Shown here: positions 21,137-29,681 of the stretch, in pieces | Numbering within the stretch: the first letter of the stretch is position 1 | How the letters are laid out: every line of letters begins with the position of its first letter | From: Copranaerobaculum intestinale | Lineage (GTDB): Bacteria > Bacillota_I > Bacilli_A > Erysipelotrichales > Erysipelotrichaceae | Length of the DNA stretch: 32,000 nt | Assembly: GCF_009831105.1 (NCBI RefSeq) | Contig: NZ_WUUQ01000001.1 | Span: 180,001-212,000 of the forward strand | Reading direction: 5' to 3' | Made by a program: the position numbers and the translations under genes | The notes under the pieces: generated by a model | What the model saw: only the letters and a program-made list of their open reading frames with translations | What the model was told of the DNA's origin: nothing | Databases searched by the model: none

Positions 21137-22504
21137 ATGAAGTATGATTTAATCATTATCGGAGCTGGACCAGGCGGAATCTTTTCTGCTTATGAGGCAT
21201 TGCAGCTTCGCCCTGATTTAAAAATCGGTATTTTTGAGGCCGGAAATGCCTTGGAGAAAAGACACTGTCCGATCGACGGTAAAAAGGTTAAGTCTTGTGT
21301 AAGCTGCCCATCCTGTGCCATCATGAATGGATTTGGAGGAGCCGGTGCTTTCTCCGACGGCAAATACAATATTACCAATCAGTTCGGCGGTACACTATAT
21401 GAGCATGTGGGACGTGATCAGGCAATTGCGCTGATGCAATACGTCGATACTCTGAATTTGAAATTCGGCGGTAAAGGAACCAAGCTGTATTCCACATCCA
21501 ACACGCACTTAAAAAAGAAATGTTTGCAGAATGACCTGCATCTGCTTGATGCACAGGTTCGTCATTTGGGCACAGACATTAACTATGTGGTGCTGGAAAA
21601 TTTGTACGCATTACTTTCTGAGCACGTGGATTTCCACTTTCTTTCTCCGGTGGATTCGGTGAAGAAATTGGATGAGGGTTATGAAATTACCTCCAAAGGA
21701 GAAACGTATTCCGGTACTAGCTGTATTATTTCGACCGGCCGCAGCGGCAGTAAGTGGATGGGCGAAATCTGTGATTCTCTAGGCATCAAAACCTCCAGCA
21801 ATCGCGTGGATATCGGTGTCCGAGTTGAGCTTCCGGCAGAGGTATTCGCAGATTTGACTGATGAATTATATGAAAGTAAAATCGTATATCGGACCAATAA
21901 ATTTCAGGATTTGGTTCGTACATTTTGTATGAATCCCCGCGGTGTCGTGGTATCTGAAAATACCAACGGTATCATTACCGTGAACGGCCACAGTTATGAT
22001 GATCCGGCACGTTATACGGAAAATACAAACTTTGCCTTATTGGTAAGCAATCATTTTTCAGAACCGTTCAAGGACAGTAATGGCTATGGTGAATCCATTG
22101 CCCGCTTATCTAATATGCTTGGCGGAGGGGTCATCGTACAACGCTTCGGTGATTTGATCCGCGGTCAGCGAAGTACACCAAACCGTGTAGCAGAAAGCTT
22201 TGTGACGCCTACTCTGAGCGCTACTCCTGGTGATTTAAGCCTGGTTATTCCTAAGCGTCAGTTGGACGGAATTATCGAAATGATTTATGCGCTTGATAAG
22301 GTTGCGCCCGGTACCGCAAATGATTCAACCCTCTTATACGGTGTTGAAGTGAAGTTTTACAACCTGGAAGTAGAGGTAGATGAGAATTTGGAAACCATTC
22401 ATAAAGGATTGTATGTGATCGGAGATTGTTCCGGTGTTACACATTCGCTGTCTCATGCCAGCGCCTCCGGCGTCTATGCAGCGCGTCATCTTTATTCCAA
22501 ATAA
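21137..22504 (+). CDS. FAD/NAD(P)-binding oxidoreductase of the uncharacterised COG2509 type
   Basis: Rossmann motif DLIIIGAGPGG at the N-terminus, a Cys cluster CPIDGKKVKSCVSCPSC, and C-terminal GLYVIGDCSG. Start set to ATG 21137, which follows a GAGGGA RBS. Confidence 0.8.
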   Translation: MKYDLIIIGAGPGGIFSAYEALQLRPDLKIGIFEAGNALEKRHCPIDGKKVKSCVSCPSCAIMNGFGGAGAFSDGKYNITNQFGGTLYEHVGRDQAIALMQYVDTLNLKFGGKGTKLYSTSNTHLKKKCLQNDLHLLDAQVRHLGTDINYVVLENLYALLSEHVDFHFLSPVDSVKKLDEGYEITSKGETYSGTSCIISTGRSGSKWMGEICDSLGIKTSSNRVDIGVRVELPAEVFADLTDELYESKIVYRTNKFQDLVRTFCMNPRGVVVSENTNGIITVNGHSYDDPARYTENTNFALLVSNHFSEPFKDSNGYGESIARLSNMLGGGVIVQRFGDLIRGQRSTPNRVAESFVTPTLSATPGDLSLVIPKRQLDGIIEMIYALDKVAPGTANDSTLLYGVEVKFYNLEVEVDENLETIHKGLYVIGDCSGVTHSLSHASASGVYAARHLYSK

Positions 22505-22510
22505 AAAAGC

Positions 22511-22538
22511 AAAATGATGTCGTCGGACATCATTTTTT
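22511..22538 (+). terminator. Rho-independent terminator of the FAD-protein gene
   Basis: Stem AAAATGATGTC / GACATCATTTT (22511-22521 / 22526-22536), loop GTCG, then a T-tract. Confidence 0.7.
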
Positions 22539-22594
22539 CTTATTGTATATACGCAGTGCTTCATGCGATCTATTTTGTGCTGAATGATTAACTT

Positions 22595-24016
22595 TCAGCT
22601 TATCATCGGATAACTCGATACAAAGGAAATCACATCTTCATAACGCGCTCCTACCGCTTTGACATACTCAGCTAAAGTATATCGGAAATCCTTATCCAGA
22701 AGCGCATGCCGATCTTTCTCAAAGAAATAGCCGCCTTGAAATTCTATAACCTTATCAAAAGCTATTTTCTCCTTCATAAACAATTCTGCTAGATGACTGA
22801 TGAAATTTTTGAGATCCGGACATAATGTCATCGCTCGTTTTAAGTAGTCATCCATATAAAATAGATTTGTCCCAACTTGTACAGCACAGCTGCGGTAGGT
22901 ATCCAACGCTCCCTCCAGCATCGCTTCATCTTGAAACAACTCATCGCACCGCAGTGAATCCGCCCATGCCTGAAATGCCTTTCCTCCCAAGATAATTTCA
23001 TCTGTAGATTCCAATTTTTTTATCTCAATTAAATTTTTCAGCGATTTTCTAATACTTTCCGCAATGCTTGGATTTGCTTTTTTAGGGCCGATAAAAATCA
23101 AAGCTTCTGATTGATGAAGATCGTTTTTCACTTGAAAATAGTTACTTGAGAACACATGATCGAAAATCTCATCATCCTGCGTCTCTCCGGTAAATTGTGA
23201 CCATCCGATTAAAATATCACCGTCTTGAGCATAACCGCTAATGATCGAACAAACCGGCGGACCGACTATTCCAAAGGTAAGGACCGGAATACCGCGATCG
23301 ATTGAATCCATAATACGTTTGGTAAATTCCTTCTTATGGGTGATGATTTCCTCATGCGCATGATAGGAATACGCATATCCGCAGGCATCAAAGGCTCTGC
23401 GTATCGGTATCTGTGAATCCTTGCAGACATTGGAATACGAATCATTATAACGCCATTTCGGCTCCAGCCATGTCATATTGAAAAGATCACCAGTCACTCC
23501 GGCAAAAAACGAAAAATCATAACCTTCATCTTCATTCAGAGAAGCCATCAAAGAACGCATACAGCTGGGAAACATATAGTTCTCTGTTTTCGTATCATAT
23601 AGTTTCTCTACATTGGGTATGAGTCTACGAGACATAATTGTTCCTCCTTCGATATTAATTTGAATTCGTAATGGAGAAAAGTACCGCATTCTGCTTGCCG
23701 ATTTGCGGACAGCCGAGGGTGTCATATCGTGAAAACGCACAAAGGCTTTGGTAAAGCTCTCCGGAGTTTCATATCCATATTTTGAGGCGATATCAATTAT
23801 TCTCATAGAGCCCCGGGCAATTTCTTCCGCCGCCAGAGATAATCTACGGCTGCGGACGTATTCACCAAATGTAATACCGGTGATAATCCGAAAAATCTTC
23901 TGGAAGTATGCTGAGGATGTATAAACCTGCTTAGCAACCTCATCCGCATTAATATCCTCCAACAAATGATCCTCGATGTAATTGATCGCACCTTGAATAA
24001 CCTCGATCCATTCCAT
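22595..24016 (-). CDS. AraC/XylS-family regulator with N-terminal HTH pair and an uncharacterised ~350-aa C-terminal domain
   Basis: Residues ~1-105 form a MarA/Rob-like double HTH (ADEVAKQVYTSSAYFQKIFRIITGITFGEYVRSRRL...IASKYGYETPESFTKAFVRFHDMTPS). I cannot place the rest. Confidence 0.8.
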   Translation of the reverse strand: MEWIEVIQGAINYIEDHLLEDINADEVAKQVYTSSAYFQKIFRIITGITFGEYVRSRRLSLAAEEIARGSMRIIDIASKYGYETPESFTKAFVRFHDMTPSAVRKSASRMRYFSPLRIQINIEGGTIMSRRLIPNVEKLYDTKTENYMFPSCMRSLMASLNEDEGYDFSFFAGVTGDLFNMTWLEPKWRYNDSYSNVCKDSQIPIRRAFDACGYAYSYHAHEEIITHKKEFTKRIMDSIDRGIPVLTFGIVGPPVCSIISGYAQDGDILIGWSQFTGETQDDEIFDHVFSSNYFQVKNDLHQSEALIFIGPKKANPSIAESIRKSLKNLIEIKKLESTDEIILGGKAFQAWADSLRCDELFQDEAMLEGALDTYRSCAVQVGTNLFYMDDYLKRAMTLCPDLKNFISHLAELFMKEKIAFDKVIEFQGGYFFEKDRHALLDKDFRYTLAEYVKAVGARYEDVISFVSSYPMIS

Positions 24017-24121
24017 ACTATCACTCCTTTTTATCCATTATATCGTGGTATCGGCAATTCTTCCTGTTTTATTATGACCATATTTGTCCAGTAAATGTAT
24101 TTATTAAAACCCGTCAAATAT

Positions 24122-24150
24122 AAGAAAAGGCAGATGCTCTTCGATCTGCC
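24122..24150 (-). terminator. Rho-independent terminator downstream of the SAP-like gene
   Basis: Stem GGCAGAT / ATCTGCC (24129-24135 / 24144-24150), followed by TTTTCTT on the minus strand. Confidence 0.5.
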
Positions 24151-24294
24151 AAATTTAATAAGTCGATTCCAGATAATAGATCCGCTTCACGCAACGATTA
24201 TATATACTGAATCATTTCATCGTTTTGATACAGTAAATGCTTTTTACCAAAATGATCATCGTGATATCAATCATAACAGCTTTATATTCAATCA

Positions 24295-24885
24295 TTAGTT
24301 TTCATCCTGCTTCTTCAAAACATCCAAGTCAGCTTCCTCATAATGATTGCTTCCAGGGAGTCCCTTCTTATACTTCCAACAGCGGATCGCCTGCTCTAGT
24401 GACAGCCCCTGGTTTGCCGCAAAGAAATCTCGGATATACGTATTGTATTCAAACTGACGATCAATAATGGTCTTTTGATGCTTGCTCTTGGTTTGAAGCT
24501 CATCATACGCAAGGATCGCATCTGCATAAGTTTTGCCGGCGTTTGCTTTCAGCCATTTTTGAAACGCCAAATAAAAATGAAATTTAGGGCCAATTTCTGT
24601 TTCAAAAAATGCCCGATGTATTTGTGAACATCGAATATTCTTCTCAATTTTAGTATCTCTGGTGATATTTTCGATTAACTTACCTGCTGGTGATTTTCTG
24701 ACAGGGCTCGTCAGCTTTTCTCCGGTTTCCAGATAATGTGCGATTCGTTTCGTTATTTCAGATTTACTCCCGGTTGTCATTAAACCTTCTTTCCGACAAA
24801 AGCCCTTTAATTCCTCCAACAGATAATAGTACTGAAGAAATTGTTCTTTGCTTAATCCCGTATGTAATTCCGGTCTAGTTTCCAT
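24295..24885 (-). CDS. Hypothetical protein with N-terminal SAP-like motif (DUF6434-like, from memory)
   Basis: LEELKGFCRKEGLMTTGSKSEITKRIAHYLETGE resembles a SAP-type helix-extended-helix. Start set to ATG 24885 after a GGGAGA RBS. Confidence 0.55.
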   Translation of the reverse strand: METRPELHTGLSKEQFLQYYYLLEELKGFCRKEGLMTTGSKSEITKRIAHYLETGEKLTSPVRKSPAGKLIENITRDTKIEKNIRCSQIHRAFFETEIGPKFHFYLAFQKWLKANAGKTYADAILAYDELQTKSKHQKTIIDRQFEYNTYIRDFFAANQGLSLEQAIRCWKYKKGLPGSNHYEEADLDVLKKQDEN

Positions 24886-25039
24886 ATCTTTCTCCCTATA
24901 TATATCAGCTTTCCACTGCATTTATTCAGATTACTTTATTATAACATGATATTTTATAAACCCTTCATGGGAGTATGACCTTTCATTGTTTTCCGCAAAA
25001 TCGTATGATAAAATAGGGAGAAATGAAAGGTGATGAAGA

Positions 25040-25567
25040 ATGCGGAAATTTTGGGGCCATTTACAAACAATAACCCGACATAAATGGAAAGTGACGATGC
25101 TCTGTTTCCGCTGCGGATTATACAAACAGGGTTTGCTACACGATCTGTCAAAATACAGCCCGGTTGAATTCTGGTCAGGGGTAAGATATTTTCAAGGAAA
25201 CCGAAGTCCTATTGATCGAGAAAAAGAGGTAAAGGGATATTCACTGGGATGGCTTCATCACAAGGGCAGAAATAAACATCACTGGGAATACTGGCTCGAT
25301 AATGCATATGATGGTATTAAACCGCTGGAAATGCCGATCCCCTATGTTGTAGAAATGTTCTGTGACCGGATTGCGGCTACCCAAATATATTTAAAGCAGG
25401 CCTGCACAGATGCCAGTGCCTATGAATATTTAATGAACGGTAAAAGCCATGTGGTCATGCATGAAAATACGATGGCTCTGATTGAAGAGCTTTTGCTGCG
25501 GGTGAAGGAGAATGGATTAGATGTTACCATACAGTTTATTCGCCGCAATGTCTTAAAAAATAAATAA
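25040..25567 (+). CDS. Hypothetical protein, DUF5662-like (HDxSK motif, His-rich)
   Basis: 175 aa with GLLHDLSKYSPVEF and WLHHKGRNKHHWEYW. The family assignment is from memory only. Confidence 0.55.
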   Translation: MRKFWGHLQTITRHKWKVTMLCFRCGLYKQGLLHDLSKYSPVEFWSGVRYFQGNRSPIDREKEVKGYSLGWLHHKGRNKHHWEYWLDNAYDGIKPLEMPIPYVVEMFCDRIAATQIYLKQACTDASAYEYLMNGKSHVVMHENTMALIEELLLRVKENGLDVTIQFIRRNVLKNK

Positions 25568-25576
25568 AAGATTATA

Positions 25577-25608
25577 AAAGGTTGTCTGACAGCAGACAGC
25601 CTTTTTTA
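25577..25608 (+). terminator. Rho-independent terminator of the DUF5662-like gene
   Basis: Stem AAGGTTGTCTG / CAGACAGCCTT (25578-25588 / 25593-25603), loop ACAG, then TTTTTT. Confidence 0.7.
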
Positions 25609-25817
25609 ACAGGATATAAATTTGTTACCTAAAGTTCAATACAAAAAATTCCTCAATATATATTCACGAAGCATATGCATTTTTACTTATCGCAAATTCT
25701 TGATTGACGTGAATTTGAATCAGCGATATTGAAATTCATAACTATTTGGAAGCGGTAAAGCCGGCGTTCTTTAAAACTTTGTCAGAATGATAAAAAAGAA
25801 AAGCGCTGCATATGCGC

Positions 25818-26705
25818 CTATTCCTCTTCTAAGCAATCCAAGATTTCTAATATGCGATTTAGATCACTGACTCCGCGGTAACGAATACTGATCTGTTTTT
25901 CATCAATATGTACCTGTGTCTGAAATTTATCCTGCAGCCGCAGCCGTACCGGACGAAGATTTACATCCTCAGTCTTTGCTTCCTTTACTTCAGCAGCGGG
26001 GGCATTAACCTTTTTTACCAATGCCTCTACTGCCCGAACCGAAAGCTTTTCATGAATAGCCTTTTTAGCTACTGCTTCCATTTGCTTTTCATCCTTTAAA
26101 GCCAACAGCGCACGTACGTGACCCATGCTTAATTCTTTTTCAATAACAAATTGCTGTACCTTTTTCGGCAGCTTCAGCAGCCGCAGCATGTTGGCTACAT
26201 GTTCACGCGATTTACCAATGCGGGATGCAAGCTCTTCCTGGGTATAAGATAATTTGCGAATCAGCTTCTCATAAGCGGTTGCCTCTTCGATTGCGTTTAG
26301 GTCTTCACGCTGAATATTTTCAAGCAGGGCAATTTCCATCATCTGCTGATCATCAAATTCAACAATGATGGCCGGAATCGTTTCTAATCCGGCAAGACGA
26401 CTTGCCCGTAAACGGCGTTCTCCGGTTACCAGCTCATATCCCTTTACCGCTTTTTTTACCAAAATCGGAGTAAATACACCATGCTGGCGAATAGATTCAG
26501 CGAGCTCATGAATCTTGTCATCATCAAAATCCTTACGGGGCTGATAGGGATTGGCTTTGATTTCATCTACAGAAATTTCAATTTTTCCGCTGCTGTTTGA
26601 AAGCTCGCTTTTGCCCTGCTGAATATCTTCCAGCACCGAATCAATATTCATGCCGAATATTTCACTGAGTCCCTGACCGAGACGGGCATCATTTTTCTTA
26701 GCCAT
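25818..26705 (-). CDS. spo0J: Chromosome partitioning protein ParB/Spo0J
   Basis: 295 aa. ParB box NPYQPRKDFD, the CTP/arginine patch GERRLRA, and HTH SREHVANMLRLLKLP...LSMGHVRALL. Confidence 0.95.
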   Translation of the reverse strand: MAKKNDARLGQGLSEIFGMNIDSVLEDIQQGKSELSNSSGKIEISVDEIKANPYQPRKDFDDDKIHELAESIRQHGVFTPILVKKAVKGYELVTGERRLRASRLAGLETIPAIIVEFDDQQMMEIALLENIQREDLNAIEEATAYEKLIRKLSYTQEELASRIGKSREHVANMLRLLKLPKKVQQFVIEKELSMGHVRALLALKDEKQMEAVAKKAIHEKLSVRAVEALVKKVNAPAAEVKEAKTEDVNLRPVRLRLQDKFQTQVHIDEKQISIRYRGVSDLNRILEILDCLEEE

Positions 26706-26710
26706 TTACC

Positions 26711-27487
26711 TCACCCTCTTTTCTCATTCGTTTTTACGACTTCGTTTGCAAGTCCGGCATATGCTTTGGCGCCTTCACAGCGCACATCATATTCAAAAAT
26801 AGACATACCGCGGGAAGGTGCTTCCGACAGCTTGATATTACGCGGTATATAGCTGCGGTATACTCGATCTTTGAAGTGCTTGCGGACTTCCTGCTGAACC
26901 TCTACGCTCAATTTGGTGCGCGCATCATACATCGTAAGCACAACACCTTCTATCATCAACTCTTTATTAAACAGCTGCTGAACCAGACGGATGGTCAAAA
27001 GCAGCTGCGTGACTCCCTCCAGGGCATAATACTCACACTGCACTGGAATCATCACTGAATCAGCTGCCGTCAGCGCGTTGGTATTCAACAAGCCCAAAGA
27101 AGGCGGACAGTCAATGATGATATAATCATATTCTTCTTTTACGGTATCTAATTTATTTTTCAGCAGCTGTTCCTTACCAGCTTCAAACTTCACCATTTGC
27201 AGATCCGCTCCGGATAATGAAATATTGGCCGGAATAATATCGAGCGGCGGAGTACTCAAGTGCTGAATCAGATCATGGGGATGATAATCCTCCATAATTA
27301 GATTATAAACACTCAGCTTGCTGTCTTTTGTTGTTGCACCTACCCCTTGTGTTGCATTGCCCTGCGGATCGAAATCCACCAGCAGCACCTTATTTCCCAG
27401 ATAACCAAGTCCGGCCGCCAGATTGATTGCCGTTGTGGTTTTACCGACGCCTCCCTTCTGGTTGGAGACTGCTATGATTTTTCCCAT
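26711..27487 (-). CDS. soj: Chromosome partitioning ATPase ParA/Soj
   Basis: 258 aa. Deviant Walker A SNQKGGVGKTTT, LLVDFDPQGN and IIIDCPPSLG. Confidence 0.96.
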   Translation of the reverse strand: MGKIIAVSNQKGGVGKTTTAINLAAGLGYLGNKVLLVDFDPQGNATQGVGATTKDSKLSVYNLIMEDYHPHDLIQHLSTPPLDIIPANISLSGADLQMVKFEAGKEQLLKNKLDTVKEEYDYIIIDCPPSLGLLNTNALTAADSVMIPVQCEYYALEGVTQLLLTIRLVQQLFNKELMIEGVVLTMYDARTKLSVEVQQEVRKHFKDRVYRSYIPRNIKLSEAPSRGMSIFEYDVRCEGAKAYAGLANEVVKTNEKRG

Positions 27488-27502
27488 TTCTTCACGTCCT
27501 AT

Positions 27503-28267
27503 CTATTTCGGAAAACGAATGGTTATGATATATTCTTCATTCGTTTCATCTTCACTGACCTGCGGCTCCAAGCCGCTTCGCTTCACCATCATGACGGCCT
27601 GGTGAATCGTATTGATCGCTATTTTCACATTACGGGTAACGCCCTTTAGCAAGGGCTTTCCCGGATGTATTTTTTCATGTTTCTCTTCTTTGATCATTTT
27701 TTCAGTCTGCGCTACAGTCAGACCTTTTTTTATTATTTTATCAAGCACTTCCTGCTGCTTTTCACCCTCAACGCTCAACAGTGCCCGCGCATGACGTTCA
27801 CTGATGATTTTTGATGATACAGCATTTTGAATATTTTCATCAAGATTCAGCAGCCGCAGCTTATTGGCAATAGAAGACTGAGATTTACCCATTTTCAGTG
27901 CCAGTTCAGCCTGTGTCAGATTTGCATATTTCATAATCTGCACATAAGCCTTCGCCTCCTCGATTGCGCTCAGGTTTTCCCTCTGTACATTTTCAACCAG
28001 CGCCATCTGTGCCATCTGAATTTCACTCGCATCCATAACGATACACGGCACTTCAGTCTGTCCGATCAGCTTCATCGCTCGATATCGCCGTTCCCCGGCA
28101 ACGATTTCATAAGCATGATCCTTTTCTCTCACCGTTATCGGCTGTATCAGTCCATTCTCCCGAATCGACTGCGCGAGATCCATCAGTGCTTCATCGGCAA
28201 ATTCAAGGCGCGGCTGGTAAGGATTTGGTTGAATCAAATCAATGGATATCAATTTTGTTTCTTTCAT
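27503..28267 (-). CDS. noc: Nucleoid occlusion protein Noc (ParB paralogue)
   Basis: 254 aa. It has NPYQPR and GERRYRA, a Noc-type HTH SQSSIANKLRLLNL...ISERHARALL, and a C-terminus ...KIAINTIHQAVMMVKRSG...EEYIITIRFPK that resembles B. subtilis Noc as I remember it. It sits in the classical rsmG-noc-soj-spo0J order, and its ATG overlaps the rsmG TGA (ATGA). Confidence 0.85.
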   Translation of the reverse strand: MKETKLISIDLIQPNPYQPRLEFADEALMDLAQSIRENGLIQPITVREKDHAYEIVAGERRYRAMKLIGQTEVPCIVMDASEIQMAQMALVENVQRENLSAIEEAKAYVQIMKYANLTQAELALKMGKSQSSIANKLRLLNLDENIQNAVSSKIISERHARALLSVEGEKQQEVLDKIIKKGLTVAQTEKMIKEEKHEKIHPGKPLLKGVTRNVKIAINTIHQAVMMVKRSGLEPQVSEDETNEEYIITIRFPK

Positions 28268-28986
28268 TTTGTTCCTCCCCTTAAAGGATGCTTCTTTATT
28301 GACGCAAATGGGCGCGGATATTGTTTTGGTGTAACATGTTCTTTATAAAATTCAAGATTGATTCGCTTTGAACCATCCTGCAAGGTATTTATATAGGTAT
28401 GTGCAAGACGACAGCCTAATTTCTGAATGCCTGCTTCAGCCTCATAATATTCTTTCGTGCCGGCGCTTCCCTTCATTGCCAAAAATGTTCCCTTTAGCTT
28501 TACCAGCGGAATACACAATTCACTCAGCATAGCGAGGTTCGCTACCGCTCGGGCCGTCACAAAATCATAATACTCTCGCCGATCGGAAGCATGATCCTCA
28601 GCCCGTTCATTGATCAGTTCCACCGAAAGCCCCAGCTCCTGAGTCAGTGCAGTTAAAAAAGAAATTCGCTTGCCCAGCGGTTCTACAATCGTTACCGACA
28701 GCTGCGGGTATACGATTTTCAGCGGAATGCTTGGAAACCCCGCTCCCGCTCCGACATCACAAAGTTTTCCAGTGATCAAAGTATCAAAAGAAGGAAGAAT
28801 CGAATCCAAGAAATGTTTTTCATAAATATCCGCTACATCCGTAATTGCGGTTAGATTCATTTTTTGATTCCATTCCTGCAGCAGCTGTGCATATTCCGCA
28901 AATTGCTTCAACTGCTGATCGCTCAGACAGACACCATGATTCTGCAGCTGTTCTTTGAAATTTTCCAGATAGTTTTCATTCCTCAT
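28264..28986 (-). CDS. rsmG: 16S rRNA (guanine527-N7)-methyltransferase
   Basis: SAM motif CDVGAGAGFPSIPLKI plus GidB-like sequence. The track start at 29007 is TTG; ATG 28986 follows a GGAGGG RBS. Confidence 0.93.
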   Translation of the reverse strand: MRNENYLENFKEQLQNHGVCLSDQQLKQFAEYAQLLQEWNQKMNLTAITDVADIYEKHFLDSILPSFDTLITGKLCDVGAGAGFPSIPLKIVYPQLSVTIVEPLGKRISFLTALTQELGLSVELINERAEDHASDRREYYDFVTARAVANLAMLSELCIPLVKLKGTFLAMKGSAGTKEYYEAEAGIQKLGCRLAHTYINTLQDGSKRINLEFYKEHVTPKQYPRPFASIKKHPLRGGTK

Positions 28987-29008
28987 GCGTGTCCCTCCGG
29001 TAACCAAT

Positions 29009-29017
29009 ATTATATCA
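29009..29017 (-). promoter_or_regulatory. Extended -10 element (TGaTATAAT) upstream of rsmG
   Basis: The minus strand reads TTTTGATATAAT, ending about 22 nt before the rsmG ATG. No good -35, as is usual for extended -10 promoters. Confidence 0.4.
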
Positions 29018-29180
29018 AAATTCCAACATTAACGAAACCAGTAATGCGGTCAAATTCGTGGCCGAGTATTTACCTATCGATTTCATCATTCTGGTAAGAA
29101 TTGTGCATGGTATTATGACAACTTATCTATTTTACCAAAAATTCTTCTTTCTTCCCAGTCCTTTTGATTCACGTAAGAAA

Positions 29181-29206
29181 AAACTGATTTCCCGGGAAAT
29201 CAGTTT
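29181..29206 (-). terminator. 26-bp perfect palindrome acting as intrinsic terminator of the lipoprotein gene
   Basis: AAACTGATTTC-CCGG-GAAATCAGTTT begins 14 nt after the stop at 29220. The minus strand continues TTTCTTACG, so the T-run is CAGTTTTTTCTT. Confidence 0.6.
29187..29200. promoter_or_regulatory. Exact match to the Noc-binding site consensus ATTTCCCGGGAAAT
   Basis: The 14-mer ATTTCCCGGGAAAT is read directly at 29187-29200. It lies about 190 bp upstream of the rsmG-noc operon. Confidence 0.5.
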
Positions 29207-29219
29207 CAACAACATTTTA

Positions 29220-29681
29220 TTACTCCTCGCAGGTAAAACCCTGTGCTTCTAAACCATCGCGTGTTTTCTCTAACCCAACCTTGAAATTGTCGCTTGCTTG
29301 GGATGCATTGTTTGTCATCGTATTATAATCCTTCGCAGAAATTTTCTCCAGATCCATCGTCATTTTTTCTACGATTTCTTTTTTGTCATCATACTTTTTT
29401 AATGAATATGTTACACCCTTCATTCCATCAGCTTTATCTGCATATCCAAGTGATTCCATAGAAGAAAATAGGATATCCAATGCGGATTCATTGTCGGTCT
29501 TAACTGTTCCGGTCTGAATCTGCTTTGTTACAACCTCTCCCTTATACTCCAGCTTCATGTCGATTTCAGTCGTAATCCCCGATTGTTCTTTTGACAGCTT
29601 GCAAGTCATTGTTTTTGTTTTATCTCCCCCGCATCCTCCTAACACCAAAGCTGCCATAGCTAAACATAATAATTTTTTCAT
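29220..29681 (-). CDS. Lipoprotein (YehR/DUF1307-like, from memory)
   Basis: Signal peptide with lipobox MKKLLCLAMAALVLGG-C. About 150 aa, Lys/Glu/Thr-rich mature part. Confidence 0.65.
   Translation of the reverse strand: MKKLLCLAMAALVLGGCGGDKTKTMTCKLSKEQSGITTEIDMKLEYKGEVVTKQIQTGTVKTDNESALDILFSSMESLGYADKADGMKGVTYSLKKYDDKKEIVEKMTMDLEKISAKDYNTMTNNASQASDNFKVGLEKTRDGLEAQGFTCEE

Noticed and set aside
25690-25740. Promoter-like TTGACG plus imperfect hairpin GAATTTGAAT-N7-ATTGAAATTC in the spo0J-distal intergenic region, which could drive an RNA antisense to spo0J.
   Set aside because: The -10 candidate is poor (TATTGA), the hairpin has a central mismatch and is AT-rich, and there is no downstream ORF or terminator on that strand. 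The evidence is insufficient.
29165-29180. parS-like 16-mer TGATTCACGTAAGAAA (12/16 to TGTTTCACGTGAAACA) immediately next to the NBS palindrome. Weaker ones occur at 30031-30046 (11/16) and 25701-25716 (11/16).
   Set aside because: With four or more mismatches, several in the right half-site, these are beyond what functional parS sites usually tolerate. The good half-site alone is expected by chance.
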